From Gammaproteobacteria bacterium (GTDB taxonomy: Bacteria; Pseudomonadota; Gammaproteobacteria; Eutrophobiales; Eutrophobiaceae), in the NCBI GenBank assembly GCA_965116495.1, contig OZ220696.1:512001-576000 (forward strand): a DNA stretch of 64,000 nt. The letters are read 5' to 3'. Position numbers and translations under genes: made by a program. Shown here piece after piece: positions 20,866-30,266 of the stretch. The notes beneath the pieces were generated by a model, which worked only from the letters and a program-made list of their open reading frames with translations, was not told the DNA's origin and made no database searches. How positions within the stretch are numbered: the first letter of the stretch is position 1; each line of letters starts with the position of its first letter.

Positions 20866-21496
20866 ATGAATGACATTACCAACGACCGTGTCGGCCCGAT
20901 GCGGAATCCCCGTCATCTGGGCGAACTGATCCGCGAGGACATGAACTAGCCCGCATTTCTCACCAGGTCGCTGTCTGCCACCGGATGTTTGTTTGCAGTC
21001 AATGAGTTACTACGCATTCTTCACTATCTCGCCATTTACAGGCTGCGCTTGATGCGCCCTCGCTTGTCTTTTTCCCGCCAGCGGGCACGTGCTCCCTCAA
21101 CCAGAGCTACGGCTATGCTTTCGGTCGCAGGCACCCGCTGGCGGGACAAATCTGCCAGGAGCAGATTTGGACGTCCGCAGGACGCCCGGAGGGTGTGCGC
21201 CACGGAAGGCGCACATCTAAAATCCGGCGCGATCATCGCATCACCTGGTGAGAAATGCGGGCTAGGTGGGCTGGAACGTTACGGAGACGGCATTGCGTCT
21301 GGGTTGTGAGCGCGGAACGCTGTCGCGCCTGCTAAACGGCAAAGCGGGGGTTTGCGCGAATATGGCGCTGACACTGGAGAATATCGGCTGGGGCACTGCC
21401 GAGCACTGGACGCGGATGCAGGCGAGCTACGAACGTGCACAAGTTCGCAGGGAACAGGCCACCGCCGAACGGCATGCGAGCGAGTGGTACGCGTGA
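20866..21496 (+). pseudogene. higA: Second HigA-family antitoxin, interrupted by a MITE
   Basis: AAGGAG RBS, MNDITNDRVGPMRNPRHLGELIREDMN* (20866-20949); the sequence resumes as VGWNVTETALRLGCERGTLSRLLNGKAG at 21266. Confidence 0.85.
20946..21265. mobile_element. 320-bp non-autonomous MITE-like element bounded by CTAG
   Basis: Perfect 23-bp inverted repeats CTAGCCCGCATTTCTCACCAGGT (20946-20968) and ACCTGGTGAGAAATGCGGGCTAG (21243-21265). It splits higA and has no transposase. Confidence 0.9.
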
Positions 21497-21652
21497 ACCG
21501 CTCTCGCGATCGGGTTACGGAAGGACACTTATCCTGATGCGCCAGTAATAGTCGCGCGGCTCGTTGCCGTACTCCAGGGGGATAGTACTTGCTCTTGCTC
21601 ATGACTCCATCCTCTCCAGAAATGAAGTCTTCGACAAACCCAGGGTGGTTCA
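21494..21652 (-). mobile_element. Internally deleted IS3-family (IS51/IS629-like) element, 159 bp
   Basis: Ends TGAACCACCCTGGGTTT.. and ..GAGCGGTTCA. Contains the orfA start MSKSKYYPPGVRQRAARLL. No target duplication. Confidence 0.8.
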
Positions 21653-21897
21653 AGAGTCTGAACCAGACCAGCCGTGACTACGGATGGTTTCTCAAGATTG
21701 GATATTGGCACTTCCATAGCGCCGCCACGAATGCTGGTACTGATCGGGCAGCAAATGAGCAATCCGGTTTTATGATTATATTCCTGACTACTCAATACCA
21801 GTGTAAGTCGGTATTTCCCGACTTCAGTCCTTTTGGCAGGTTCGAAATCGAGCCATACGATATCTCTGCGAGCAGGGATATACTGCGAAGATACCAT
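21650..21897 (-). pseudogene. mazF: MazF/PemK toxin truncated at the C-terminus by the IS3 remnant
   Basis: YIPARRDIVWLDFEPAK..GKYR..LVLS..GLLICCPIST. Homology ends at VQTLE, where the IS end begins. Confidence 0.8.
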
Positions 21898-22164
21898 CTA
21901 ACTCCCAAACTCGGAGGCCGTGAGTTCTGCGAGTTCATCTGCGTGTACTTTTTCCTGGGTCAGATCGGCCAATAATTCACTCTCGGTGTAGGGAAAACAA
22001 AAACCGTCTTTTCTCCTGGTAGCTGGCTTGACCATAAGCCCCTCATCAGTTACATCTACGATAACTTTGCTACCAGCTTCGAACTTTGGCAAGGTCGCCA
22101 TTATACCGGTGACCCGCAGGGCCAGGTTGTTACCCCATTTTTTGATTTCTGTCTCAACTTTCAT
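21898..22164 (-). CDS. mazE: MazE/AbrB antitoxin
   Basis: IKKWGNNLALRV; adjacent to mazF. Start set at ATG 22164. Confidence 0.85.
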   Translation of the reverse strand: MKVETEIKKWGNNLALRVTGIMATLPKFEAGSKVIVDVTDEGLMVKPATRRKDGFCFPYTESELLADLTQEKVHADELAELTASEFGS

Positions 22165-22201
22165 AGCGTACTCATTGGGTCGCAATGCATCTATATTGAA
22201 G

Positions 22202-22220
22202 TGTATCCAATGTAGATACA
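22202..22220. promoter_or_regulatory. Probable mazEF operator
   Basis: Inverted repeat TGTATC-N7-GATACA about 40 bp upstream of mazE. Confidence 0.55.
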
Positions 22221-22319
22221 TTATCACGTCATAAAAATACTTGATTAGCTGATACACTTAACAATTTAATCGATAAGATATCAGCGGAACGGCAAATCAG
22301 CCAACTCAAGGGGGTCAAT

Positions 22320-23237
22320 ATGCCAAGTCGTTTATGGACAACTATAACAAGTATTCTGTGCGGTAAATCTACATATACACCGCCCAGGGTGTGGACCTGG
22401 GATGCGCCTAGCGGTGGGCAATTCGACAAGATCAACCGGCCGGTTGCGGGCGCCACCCATGAAAAGGAATTGCCTGCCGGCCAACATCCCCTGCAGCTTT
22501 ATTCACTTGCCACACCCAACGGCGTCAAAGTCACTGTGCTGCTGGAAGAACTTCTGGCCCTGGGGTTTGCCGGGGCTGAATACGATGCCTGGCTGATCGA
22601 TATCGGGGCGGGCGAACAGTTCGGCAGCGGCTTTGTCGGGGCTAACCCGAATTCCAAGATCCCCGCCCTTGTTGACCACAGCGGCACGACGCCCGTACGC
22701 CTGTTCGAATCAGGCGCCATCCTGCTTCACCTGGCGGAGAAGTTCGGCGCGTTGATCCCTCAGGATCCGTACCTGCGTGCGCAATGCCTGTCCTGGCTGT
22801 TCTGGCAAATGGGCAGCGCGCCGTATCTCGGCGGCGGTTTCGGGCACTTTTATGCCTACGCGCCGGAGAAACTCGAATACCCCATCAACCGGTATGCCAT
22901 GGAAGTGAAACGCCAACTTGACGTGCTCGACCGCCACCTGGCGGATAACCGGTATTTCTGCGGCGATGAATACAGCATCGCCGATATTGCCACCTGGCCC
23001 TGGTACGGCGCCCTGGTCCTTAACAAGGTCTACAGCGCTGCCGAGTTTCTCGATGCCGAGTCCTACACCCACCTTAATCGATGGACCGCCGAAATAAGAG
23101 AGCGTCCTGCAGTGCAGCGCGGCCGCATGGTGAATCGAAGCTGGGGCGAACCGGCAGAGCAGTTACGGGAGCGCCATGATGCGGGCGATTTTGATACCCG
23201 CACCCAGGACAAGCTGGAGCCTGCCGAAAACCCCTGA
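22320..23237 (+). CDS. yghU: Glutathione-dependent disulfide-bond oxidoreductase YghU (Nu-class GST)
   Basis: YTPPRVWTW..INRPVAGATHEKELP..QLYSLATPNGVKV, NPNSKIPAL, FESGAIL. The first ~16 aa are atypical, so the start is uncertain. Confidence 0.92.
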   Translation: MPSRLWTTITSILCGKSTYTPPRVWTWDAPSGGQFDKINRPVAGATHEKELPAGQHPLQLYSLATPNGVKVTVLLEELLALGFAGAEYDAWLIDIGAGEQFGSGFVGANPNSKIPALVDHSGTTPVRLFESGAILLHLAEKFGALIPQDPYLRAQCLSWLFWQMGSAPYLGGGFGHFYAYAPEKLEYPINRYAMEVKRQLDVLDRHLADNRYFCGDEYSIADIATWPWYGALVLNKVYSAAEFLDAESYTHLNRWTAEIRERPAVQRGRMVNRSWGEPAEQLRERHDAGDFDTRTQDKLEPAENP

Positions 23238-23248
23238 AATTACTACCC

Positions 23249-24616
23249 CTAAAAGCTGGTAATCATGACAATAAAGACTACCGGGGGGATAAGGTAGCGC
23301 AGCAGGGCGCGCCAGGTACGGAATACGAGTCCGTCGGTCAGCATCAGTTCTTCCCGGGTCGATGCGGCCGTCATTTTCCAGCCGACAAATACCGCGATGA
23401 ACAAGCCGCCCACCGGCAGCATGACATTGATTGACAGGAACTCTATAACCTGGAAAACGGTCATCCCGGCGAAATAGCCGGTGAATCCCAGTGGATGGAA
23501 GTCTTCCCAAATGTTGAAGGAAAACACTGTCGCAATTCCCAGCAGCCAGATTAAAAATCCGACTGACAACGTCGATGCAGATCGTCGCAGGCCGGTTTTC
23601 TCCATCGTGTAGACCACTACGGGTTCAAGGATGGCAATCACCGAGGTCAGTGCTGCGACAACCAGCAGGGTGAGAAATAACATGCCGAGCAGGGTGCCGC
23701 CGGTGATCTTGCCGAAAGCCAACGGCAGGGTCAGAAAAACCAGACCGGGACCGGCTGACGGCTCGAGTCCGTTCATGAATACGATGGGAAAAATAGCCAA
23801 TCCCGCGCTGATTGCCACGATGGAGTCCATGCAGACTATGACCAGGGAGGATCTGGGGATTGAAACATGCGCCGGCAGGTAGGAGCCATAGACCGCCATC
23901 GTACAGGAGCCTGCCCCTACGGTAAAAAACGCCTGTCCTACGGCGCTTAATACTACCGTGCCTGTTATTTTTGAGAAATCAACCGTAAAAAGAAACCTGG
24001 CGCCATCCATGAAGCCCCCGTTAAAGATGGAGAAGATAATCATCAATAACAGGATCACAAAGATTAGAGGGGTGAATAGCTTAAAGGCCCTTTCTACGCC
24101 CCGGCGCAATCCCAGTGCAACAATGGCCAGCGCCGTTCCAAGGAAAATCGTATGCCCGCTCATAAGTGAGACAGGACTGCTCAGGTGTTCATTAAAGATT
24201 TCTTGCACCAGGCCGGCAGTAGCGGCATGGAATTCGCCTCCAGCCATCTTGGGGATATATGCCAGGCCCCAGCCGGCAATCACGCTGTAAAAACTCACCA
24301 CTACAACCGAGAGGATGATGCCGTTCCAGCCTATAAAGCGCCATGCCGGTGTTACTTTCATCTCCTTTGCGATAGCGGCCAGGGAGGCAATAGGGCTTTT
24401 TCTGCCGCGTCTGCCGATCAACAACTCGGACATGTTGATGGGAATCGTCAACAGGAAGATGGAGACCAGGTAGATCATCACGAAGGCGCCGCCGCCGTTG
24501 GCCCCGGCAGCGTAGGGGAAGCGCCAGATATTGGCCAGGCCCACCGCCGAACCCACCGCCGCAAGAATGAATATCATGCGGGACGACCAAATTTCACGGA
24601 CCGGTGTGGTTTGCAT
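23249..24616 (-). CDS. Sodium-dependent transporter (NSS/SNF family)
   Basis: REIWSSR..AVGSAVGLANIWRFPY..NGGGAF, GQAFF, GPGLVF. Confidence 0.95.
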   Translation of the reverse strand: MQTTPVREIWSSRMIFILAAVGSAVGLANIWRFPYAAGANGGGAFVMIYLVSIFLLTIPINMSELLIGRRGRKSPIASLAAIAKEMKVTPAWRFIGWNGIILSVVVVSFYSVIAGWGLAYIPKMAGGEFHAATAGLVQEIFNEHLSSPVSLMSGHTIFLGTALAIVALGLRRGVERAFKLFTPLIFVILLLMIIFSIFNGGFMDGARFLFTVDFSKITGTVVLSAVGQAFFTVGAGSCTMAVYGSYLPAHVSIPRSSLVIVCMDSIVAISAGLAIFPIVFMNGLEPSAGPGLVFLTLPLAFGKITGGTLLGMLFLTLLVVAALTSVIAILEPVVVYTMEKTGLRRSASTLSVGFLIWLLGIATVFSFNIWEDFHPLGFTGYFAGMTVFQVIEFLSINVMLPVGGLFIAVFVGWKMTAASTREELMLTDGLVFRTWRALLRYLIPPVVFIVMITSF

Positions 24617-24622
24617 AAGTGG

Positions 24623-25105
24623 TTATAGGGGTACGGAGATAGGACCCAGTACTGCTTGGCTGTTGATCAGGTCAACGCGCTTGGCTGCGATTTTCAGCTC
24701 ACCATCGGCGGCTCGAAGCACGTGTTCGCAACTTCCCGAATAAACGGTCTGTATGTCTTTCCGGTACTCAGCGACCTGTAATGCCGAGGAAACCCGGTAT
24801 TCCTGTCTTTCATCGTCAAAATCCTCCACCAGCACGTTGGAAATGTAATGAACGGTGCGGGAGGGGATGGCCTGGGCGTGATTCTTCGGGTGTTTAAGCC
24901 AGTGAACACGTACCCTCAGCATATCAATGTCATCGTATACGATAGATAATTCACTGTCCGGTCTGGATTGTTCGGGTCTCAGTGGGACCCAGTAATAAGC
25001 ATCTTTCGTAAATAGCGCAAACCAGTCATCGAATTGTTTCCTGTCAAGAAACCTTGCTTCGGCATATAAAAACGCCTCGATTACCTGCCTGTCATTTGCC
25101 GGCAT
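24623..25105 (-). CDS. Ring-hydroxylating dioxygenase beta subunit
   Basis: FLYAEARFLD..W..YWVP, SRTVHYISNV, KRVDLIN. Confidence 0.9.
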   Translation of the reverse strand: MPANDRQVIEAFLYAEARFLDRKQFDDWFALFTKDAYYWVPLRPEQSRPDSELSIVYDDIDMLRVRVHWLKHPKNHAQAIPSRTVHYISNVLVEDFDDERQEYRVSSALQVAEYRKDIQTVYSGSCEHVLRAADGELKIAAKRVDLINSQAVLGPISVPL

Positions 25106-25113
25106 AATGGTTG

Positions 25114-26412
25114 TTAATCACCGGCAGGACCGGCTGACATGTACTCACGCCATGCGGTGAACTGGCTGCGCATGGGCAACTCGGAAAAGCCTTTGCCTGT
25201 ATAAGCGCCATGCTCGCCGGCGACGTCATTCCCGATGCCGTTGGCAAACAGAACCCAGTCGCCGGCAGCCGCCACCAACCCTTCCTGTATATTTGCAAAA
25301 GTAGTCAGGTCATCCTGCAATATGACAGATGCCGATGAATTTGTTGCATTGGCAAACTGTACGGCAACCTGGTCGTATTCCTGCGGTGCGCCTTTCAGCC
25401 GGAATACATAAACGGACACTTCCGTCCTGTCAATGGCGACGGGTCTGAGCACCTTCATGGTCTGGAATACCGACTGCAACATGATTTGCGGGTAAATGAT
25501 ATTAAAATGCCGACTGTCATTCAGTATCGTTTCCGTCTTGTCGATACCGTGCTTTTCTGCCATGGCTGATTTGTATTCCATTTCCGCTTCCGGACTTATT
25601 TTAATCCTTATGGGTATTGCGGCCAGGTAGCTGTGCCCGTGGCGAAAAGCCTTCAGTTTCGATTGGCCAAGCATGCCTGCCGCCTGGTTATTCCCTGACA
25701 TGACATCCTCTGCCCGCATCCTGTATTCCTCAAGGCGCCCCTTTGAACCTGCTTCATTGGACGCTGCATGAACAAAGGGCGGGTGGGCCGCATCCGAAAT
25801 ATTTTCCAGCAACAGTTTCCAGTTGCCGGGGAATACATGTCTGTGAATGCCCGGAATGAGTTCCACGGCGCCCTCCGGCGAGCGCTCAACCAGGTTGTCG
25901 ATAGCGGACATCATTGGTCCAAGCGCCTGTTCCAGTCCCGGCCCCTCATTACTCAGGTTGACAAAAACAAATCCCCGGTAATTTATCATGCGCGGAACGG
26001 GTCTCACGTTCAAATCGGCTTCGGTAACAGCAGAATCGCCGTAATCACTGTGCAGTGATGGGTTGATCAAGCATCCGTCCGTATCAAACACCCAGCCGTG
26101 ATAGGGGCAGCGAAACGGCCGTGCATTGCCGCTTTCTGTTTCGCAGATTTTTGCGCCGCGATGAGGGCAGCGGTTAAACAGCACCCTGATACCGTCTTCA
26201 TGTCTGACCACGATAAACGTTTGTCCGGCAAGTTGTGTGGTAACGAAGTCTCCCCGGCCGGGCACCTGGCTCTCGTGCGCCGCGAACAGCCATGACCGGT
26301 TGAAGATACGTTCCATCTCCAGTTCGAATACGGTCGGGTCGGTATATACCCTGCGATGCACGCGATCCTTCCGGACTAACGCGCCGAAGTCATCAGTGGC
26401 AGGCTGTTTCAT
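25114..26412 (-). CDS. Rieske ring-hydroxylating oxygenase alpha subunit
   Basis: Rieske ligands CPH..CPYH; mononuclear Fe motif ENISDAAHPPFVH and a distal DD. Confidence 0.95.
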   Translation of the reverse strand: MKQPATDDFGALVRKDRVHRRVYTDPTVFELEMERIFNRSWLFAAHESQVPGRGDFVTTQLAGQTFIVVRHEDGIRVLFNRCPHRGAKICETESGNARPFRCPYHGWVFDTDGCLINPSLHSDYGDSAVTEADLNVRPVPRMINYRGFVFVNLSNEGPGLEQALGPMMSAIDNLVERSPEGAVELIPGIHRHVFPGNWKLLLENISDAAHPPFVHAASNEAGSKGRLEEYRMRAEDVMSGNNQAAGMLGQSKLKAFRHGHSYLAAIPIRIKISPEAEMEYKSAMAEKHGIDKTETILNDSRHFNIIYPQIMLQSVFQTMKVLRPVAIDRTEVSVYVFRLKGAPQEYDQVAVQFANATNSSASVILQDDLTTFANIQEGLVAAAGDWVLFANGIGNDVAGEHGAYTGKGFSELPMRSQFTAWREYMSAGPAGD

Positions 26413-26472
26413 TATTCCTTGATTATATGAAAGAATGCTGAGGTCGGTCTAACCGCCTCAGATGAAGTAAAT

Positions 26473-27066
26473 ATGATTATCGGGAAATGTCAACGATTAC
26501 TTGAGCGCCTATTACTGATAAGTGACTGGATTGGAAAGGTCAATGCCTGGTTGTTGATACCCATGTCCCTGGCGGTAATCGCTGCCGTTATTTTCAGCCA
26601 GTTCAATCTCAGCCGTCTGTTGCAGTGGGAAACGGACTTGCCGTTGCTGGGCCGGCAGTTGACGGTCATCAGTGTAGTTGAGTTGCAGTGGCACCTGTTC
26701 GGTATCTTTGTACTGATCGGGGGCAGCTGGGTCCTGCAACACGATCGGCACATCCGGGTCGACCTGTTTTATGCCCGCTTTTCGCCGCTCTGGCGGAATA
26801 TCGTGAACCTGGTTGGCGATCTTGCGTTTTTACTGCCTTTCTGTGCCGTCATATTCTGGTTTTCCCTGGCGATGGTACAGCGTTCGTACCTGGCAGGCGA
26901 GGGATCCGACTACGATGCGCTGATGGATCGTTACTTGATTAAATCTATTCTGCCTATAGCATTTGGTTTTTTATTTATCAATGGCTTACTTCGTATATCT
27001 ATTGCAACACTTGAAATAATACAGGTTATACACGGGGGGAATGACAAACAGGTGAAAACGGAATAA
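26473..27066 (+). CDS. TRAP transporter small permease (DctQ)
   Basis: ELQWHLF, HIRVDLFY, 4 TM segments. Confidence 0.9.
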   Translation: MIIGKCQRLLERLLLISDWIGKVNAWLLIPMSLAVIAAVIFSQFNLSRLLQWETDLPLLGRQLTVISVVELQWHLFGIFVLIGGSWVLQHDRHIRVDLFYARFSPLWRNIVNLVGDLAFLLPFCAVIFWFSLAMVQRSYLAGEGSDYDALMDRYLIKSILPIAFGFLFINGLLRISIATLEIIQVIHGGNDKQVKTE

Positions 27067-27068
27067 CC

Positions 27069-28418
27069 ATGCCGGAATACACCCTGCCTGCCGCCATGGT
27101 CATCAGTCTCCTGGCTGGAATATTTTCCGGCTACCGGGTCGCGTTTCTCCTGGGCGGACTGGGTATCCTGTTCAGTTATATCGGGGATATTCCGTTTCGT
27201 TTCCTCGGAGTGGTGGTATCGCGCATCTATTCCAACGTGGTCGAGAACTGGCTGCTGATCGCGATCCCGCTTTTTATCTATATGGGCCTGATGCTGGAGC
27301 GGTCCGGGTTGGCAAACAATCTGCTGGAGTCACTTGAGCGCCTGTTCGGCCGGGTACGTGGTGGCCTGGCTGTCTCCGTTGCGGCCCTGGGGATAATAAT
27401 GGCTGCCAGTACCGGGATTATCGGGGCTTCAGTCGTGATGCTCGGGGTGCTGGGCTTGCCCCTGATGCTGAAAAAGCGATACGACCCGCACCTGGCGACC
27501 GGAACAGTGATTGCTTCGAGCACCCTGGGTATCCTGATACCGCCCAGCATCATGCTGGTGCTGGTTGGCGATATATTGCAGCTATCGGTCGGCGACCTGT
27601 TTCTCGCCGCTATCTTCCCCGGACTGCTCCTGGGCGGACTGTATATCTTTTATATCCTGGCAGTTGGGTTCGTTTACCCGGAGAGGGCCCCGGCCGCGCC
27701 TGTCGATGACGGAGTCCGGGGCTTCAGGCTGTTTTTTCAATTGATACGGGACCTGTTCGCGCCGGTATTCCTGATCCTCGCGGTCCTGGGTTCCATCGCC
27801 CTGGGCATCGCTACGCCAACCGAAGCTGCGGCTTTGGGAGCCCTGGGAATCACTTTACTGGCTATGGTTACCGGCCAGTTCCGGTTACGGGACTTGAAGG
27901 AATCGGTATTCGAAACCTCGAAAATTACCTCCCTTATTGTCTTTGTCCTCATCGGCGCAACCTGTTTCAGCGTCGTCTTCAAACGCCTGGGGGGTGAACG
28001 CATGATCGAGGATGCCGTGTTTCACCTGGCGCTGGGCCCTTACGGCACGCTCGCGCTTGTCATGCTGACAATTTTCATCCTGGGTTTTTTCCTGGAATGG
28101 CTGGAAATCAGCTTCATCGTCCTGCCCTTGTTCGCACCCATAGTGGCAGGGCTGGATTTCGGCCTCGGATTGTCCGGCACGGAGATATTGCTCTGGTTCG
28201 CGGTACTGGTCGCGATCAACCTCCAGACTTCGTTTTTAACGCCGCCGTTCGGCTATGCCTTGTTCTTTTTGAAGAGCGTGGCGCCGGTAGGGATAACATT
28301 ACCCGTCATTTACCGCAGCATTATTCCTTTCGTGGTGCTGCAACTTGTCGGGTTGACCATCGCGGTATGCTTTCCGCAGGTAACGCTGTGGCTGCCTGCA
28401 CAAGTGCTCGGAAATTAA
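27069..28418 (+). CDS. TRAP transporter large permease (DctM)
   Basis: AIPLFIYMG, STLGILIPPSI, ATPTEAAA, LQTSFLTPPFG. Confidence 0.93.
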   Translation: MPEYTLPAAMVISLLAGIFSGYRVAFLLGGLGILFSYIGDIPFRFLGVVVSRIYSNVVENWLLIAIPLFIYMGLMLERSGLANNLLESLERLFGRVRGGLAVSVAALGIIMAASTGIIGASVVMLGVLGLPLMLKKRYDPHLATGTVIASSTLGILIPPSIMLVLVGDILQLSVGDLFLAAIFPGLLLGGLYIFYILAVGFVYPERAPAAPVDDGVRGFRLFFQLIRDLFAPVFLILAVLGSIALGIATPTEAAALGALGITLLAMVTGQFRLRDLKESVFETSKITSLIVFVLIGATCFSVVFKRLGGERMIEDAVFHLALGPYGTLALVMLTIFILGFFLEWLEISFIVLPLFAPIVAGLDFGLGLSGTEILLWFAVLVAINLQTSFLTPPFGYALFFLKSVAPVGITLPVIYRSIIPFVVLQLVGLTIAVCFPQVTLWLPAQVLGN

Positions 28419-28450
28419 ACATTGTCCGTCCTGACTGTTCTCTGTAGAGT

Positions 28451-29062
28451 GTGGCTATGACTGATACCGGTATCGATATTCCCGGTTACGAGGGTCGTGC
28501 CGCGCGGTTTGTTGAAGGTTGCGTCTTTCGTGTTGTCGACGTAGAAGGTTGCCAGATTGGCGATATGTTTACCCTGTGCGCGGCTGACCCGGGAGAATAT
28601 TTCAGTCCGGCCCTGACGCGCCAGGTCATCTTTCGCCTAACGCCCAGACCCGGGGATATTTTATACAGCAACCGCCGCCGGCCCATGTTGACCTTCCTGG
28701 ATGACACGTCTCCGGGCCGGCATGACATGACATTTGCTCCCTGTGACCCCGGATTTTATGCCGATCTGGGGGCGGATGAGACCCATCCAAATTGCCGGGA
28801 CAATTTTTACCAGGCCATCAAGTCCTTGAATATCAGCCTGGAACCGCCGCCGGACCCCTTCAACCTGTTTCAGAATACCGTGCCCAAAGCGGACGGCGAT
28901 TATGCCGTCGGCCAGACACTGAGCAAGCCGGGTGACTATGTTGAATTCAGGGCCGAAATGGACGTGGTCGTCGTGGTTACGGCCTGTTCGGTTGATCTAC
29001 CGGTTGAAGGTATCGAGCCCATCTGCGGTAAATCCACACCATTGCGCATTCAAGTTGTCTGA
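28451..29062 (+). CDS. DUF1989 / urea-carboxylase-associated family protein
   Basis: VVDVEGCQIGD, LYSNRRRPM, HDMTFAPC, HPNCRDN, PDPFNLFQN, SKPGDYVEFRAEMD..TAC. Confidence 0.88.
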   Translation: MAMTDTGIDIPGYEGRAARFVEGCVFRVVDVEGCQIGDMFTLCAADPGEYFSPALTRQVIFRLTPRPGDILYSNRRRPMLTFLDDTSPGRHDMTFAPCDPGFYADLGADETHPNCRDNFYQAIKSLNISLEPPPDPFNLFQNTVPKADGDYAVGQTLSKPGDYVEFRAEMDVVVVVTACSVDLPVEGIEPICGKSTPLRIQVV

Positions 29063-30191
29063 CACTGCCCGCGACCCTCTCCGGCATATCTTGAGTACCT
29101 GCGCAGCCCAGGTACTGGCCTTTTCACCGGCTATCCTGTCGCCACTCACCGTCGGCGGTCTTATCAATGGACTGCAAATCGGGGAAGTTGAGGTAGGCGC
29201 CCTGGTAACCGTCGAATTTCTTGTTATGGGTATTACCAGCATCCTGGTGGCGCCCGTCAGCGTCAGGATACCGTACCGGCTGCTGGCCCTGACGGGAGGC
29301 ATCCTGTTGCTCGCCGGGCATGCCTTCTCGGCAACGGCAACCGGCCTGGCCGAACTGTATCCATGGCGCATTGCGGCAGGGATGGGCTGTGGTTGCCTGG
29401 CGGCAGCGGTCAACGCCGCGATTGCTCAGGCGCGTGCGCCGGACCGGCTGTACGGACTGGCCTGGGCGGCAGGCTACACCTTCACCGCCATCCTGGCTGT
29501 CGTCATTACGGAGGGCAACGACCTGGTCACGTACGACATGGTGTTTGGATCCCTGGCGCTGACGTTGCTGGTATTTCTGCCATTGCTCTGGTTCATTCCG
29601 GATCACGGCAATGCGCCGGCGTCGCTGTCACTACCTCCGGACAGTATCCGCGCCGGAACTATGCTGATGGTCGGCATGATTGTCATCGCTATCAGCATGA
29701 TGGCGTATTACGCTTTTCTGGAACGCCTGGCTGTGCAGATCGATGCCAGTCCGGCTGAAACCGGTCGCATCATTGCCGCGGTACAGGTTGCCGGTATTAT
29801 CGGTGGGCTGCTTGCTGCGCCGGTAGCCAGCAGGTTCGGTCTGGTGAGGGGGCTGTGTGCAGTGTCAATTTTGCATGCCGTGACGATTACGCTGGCAGTC
29901 TGGACTGACTCTGTTATCGTGCTGGGAATGGTTGCCTTTTTTGAGGCTGTGCTGTTCATTATAATGGTACCCCTGATGCTGACCCTGGCGGCGGGCATCG
30001 ATGACAAAGGCCGCTGGGCTGCCATTGCCGGCGGCGTATTCGTTATCAGTACCGCGCTGGGTCCTGTTTTCGGTGCGTACCTGATAGAACAGACGGGGTA
30101 TGCTGCGGTAGCATGGATACAGTGGCCGGCGGTGCTGTTGGCCGTCATTATTTTTGACCGGGTAAACCCCGGCAGCACCGGCAATCTATAA
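29055..30191 (+). CDS. MFS transporter
   Basis: About 12 TM segments. The likely TTG start at 29055 overlaps the DUF1989 stop. Confidence 0.82.
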   Translation: MSDTARDPLRHILSTCAAQVLAFSPAILSPLTVGGLINGLQIGEVEVGALVTVEFLVMGITSILVAPVSVRIPYRLLALTGGILLLAGHAFSATATGLAELYPWRIAAGMGCGCLAAAVNAAIAQARAPDRLYGLAWAAGYTFTAILAVVITEGNDLVTYDMVFGSLALTLLVFLPLLWFIPDHGNAPASLSLPPDSIRAGTMLMVGMIVIAISMMAYYAFLERLAVQIDASPAETGRIIAAVQVAGIIGGLLAAPVASRFGLVRGLCAVSILHAVTITLAVWTDSVIVLGMVAFFEAVLFIIMVPLMLTLAAGIDDKGRWAAIAGGVFVISTALGPVFGAYLIEQTGYAAVAWIQWPAVLLAVIIFDRVNPGSTGNL

Positions 30192-30206
30192 TTAATCAGA
30201 AGAACA

Positions 30207-30230
30207 GGGGACAGTTTTTAATCTGTCCCC
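30207..30230. repeat. REP-like palindrome GGGGACAG..CTGTCCCC
   Basis: Inverted repeat; the same arms recur at 48500-48574. Confidence 0.7.
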
Positions 30231-30266
30231 GATGAGCAGGGTAACCGACACTTCCGGGAGAGTGAT

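Noticed and set aside
20989-21309. 106-aa ORF as a transposase or real gene
   Set aside because: It lies within the MITE, has no DDE or HUH motif, and simply reads through the inverted repeat.
26413-28450. Guanidine riboswitch controlling the DUF1989/ureohydrolase operon
   Set aside because: The spacers are only 60 and 32 bp, and I see no ykkC, ACGR twin-hairpin or guanidine-III motif.
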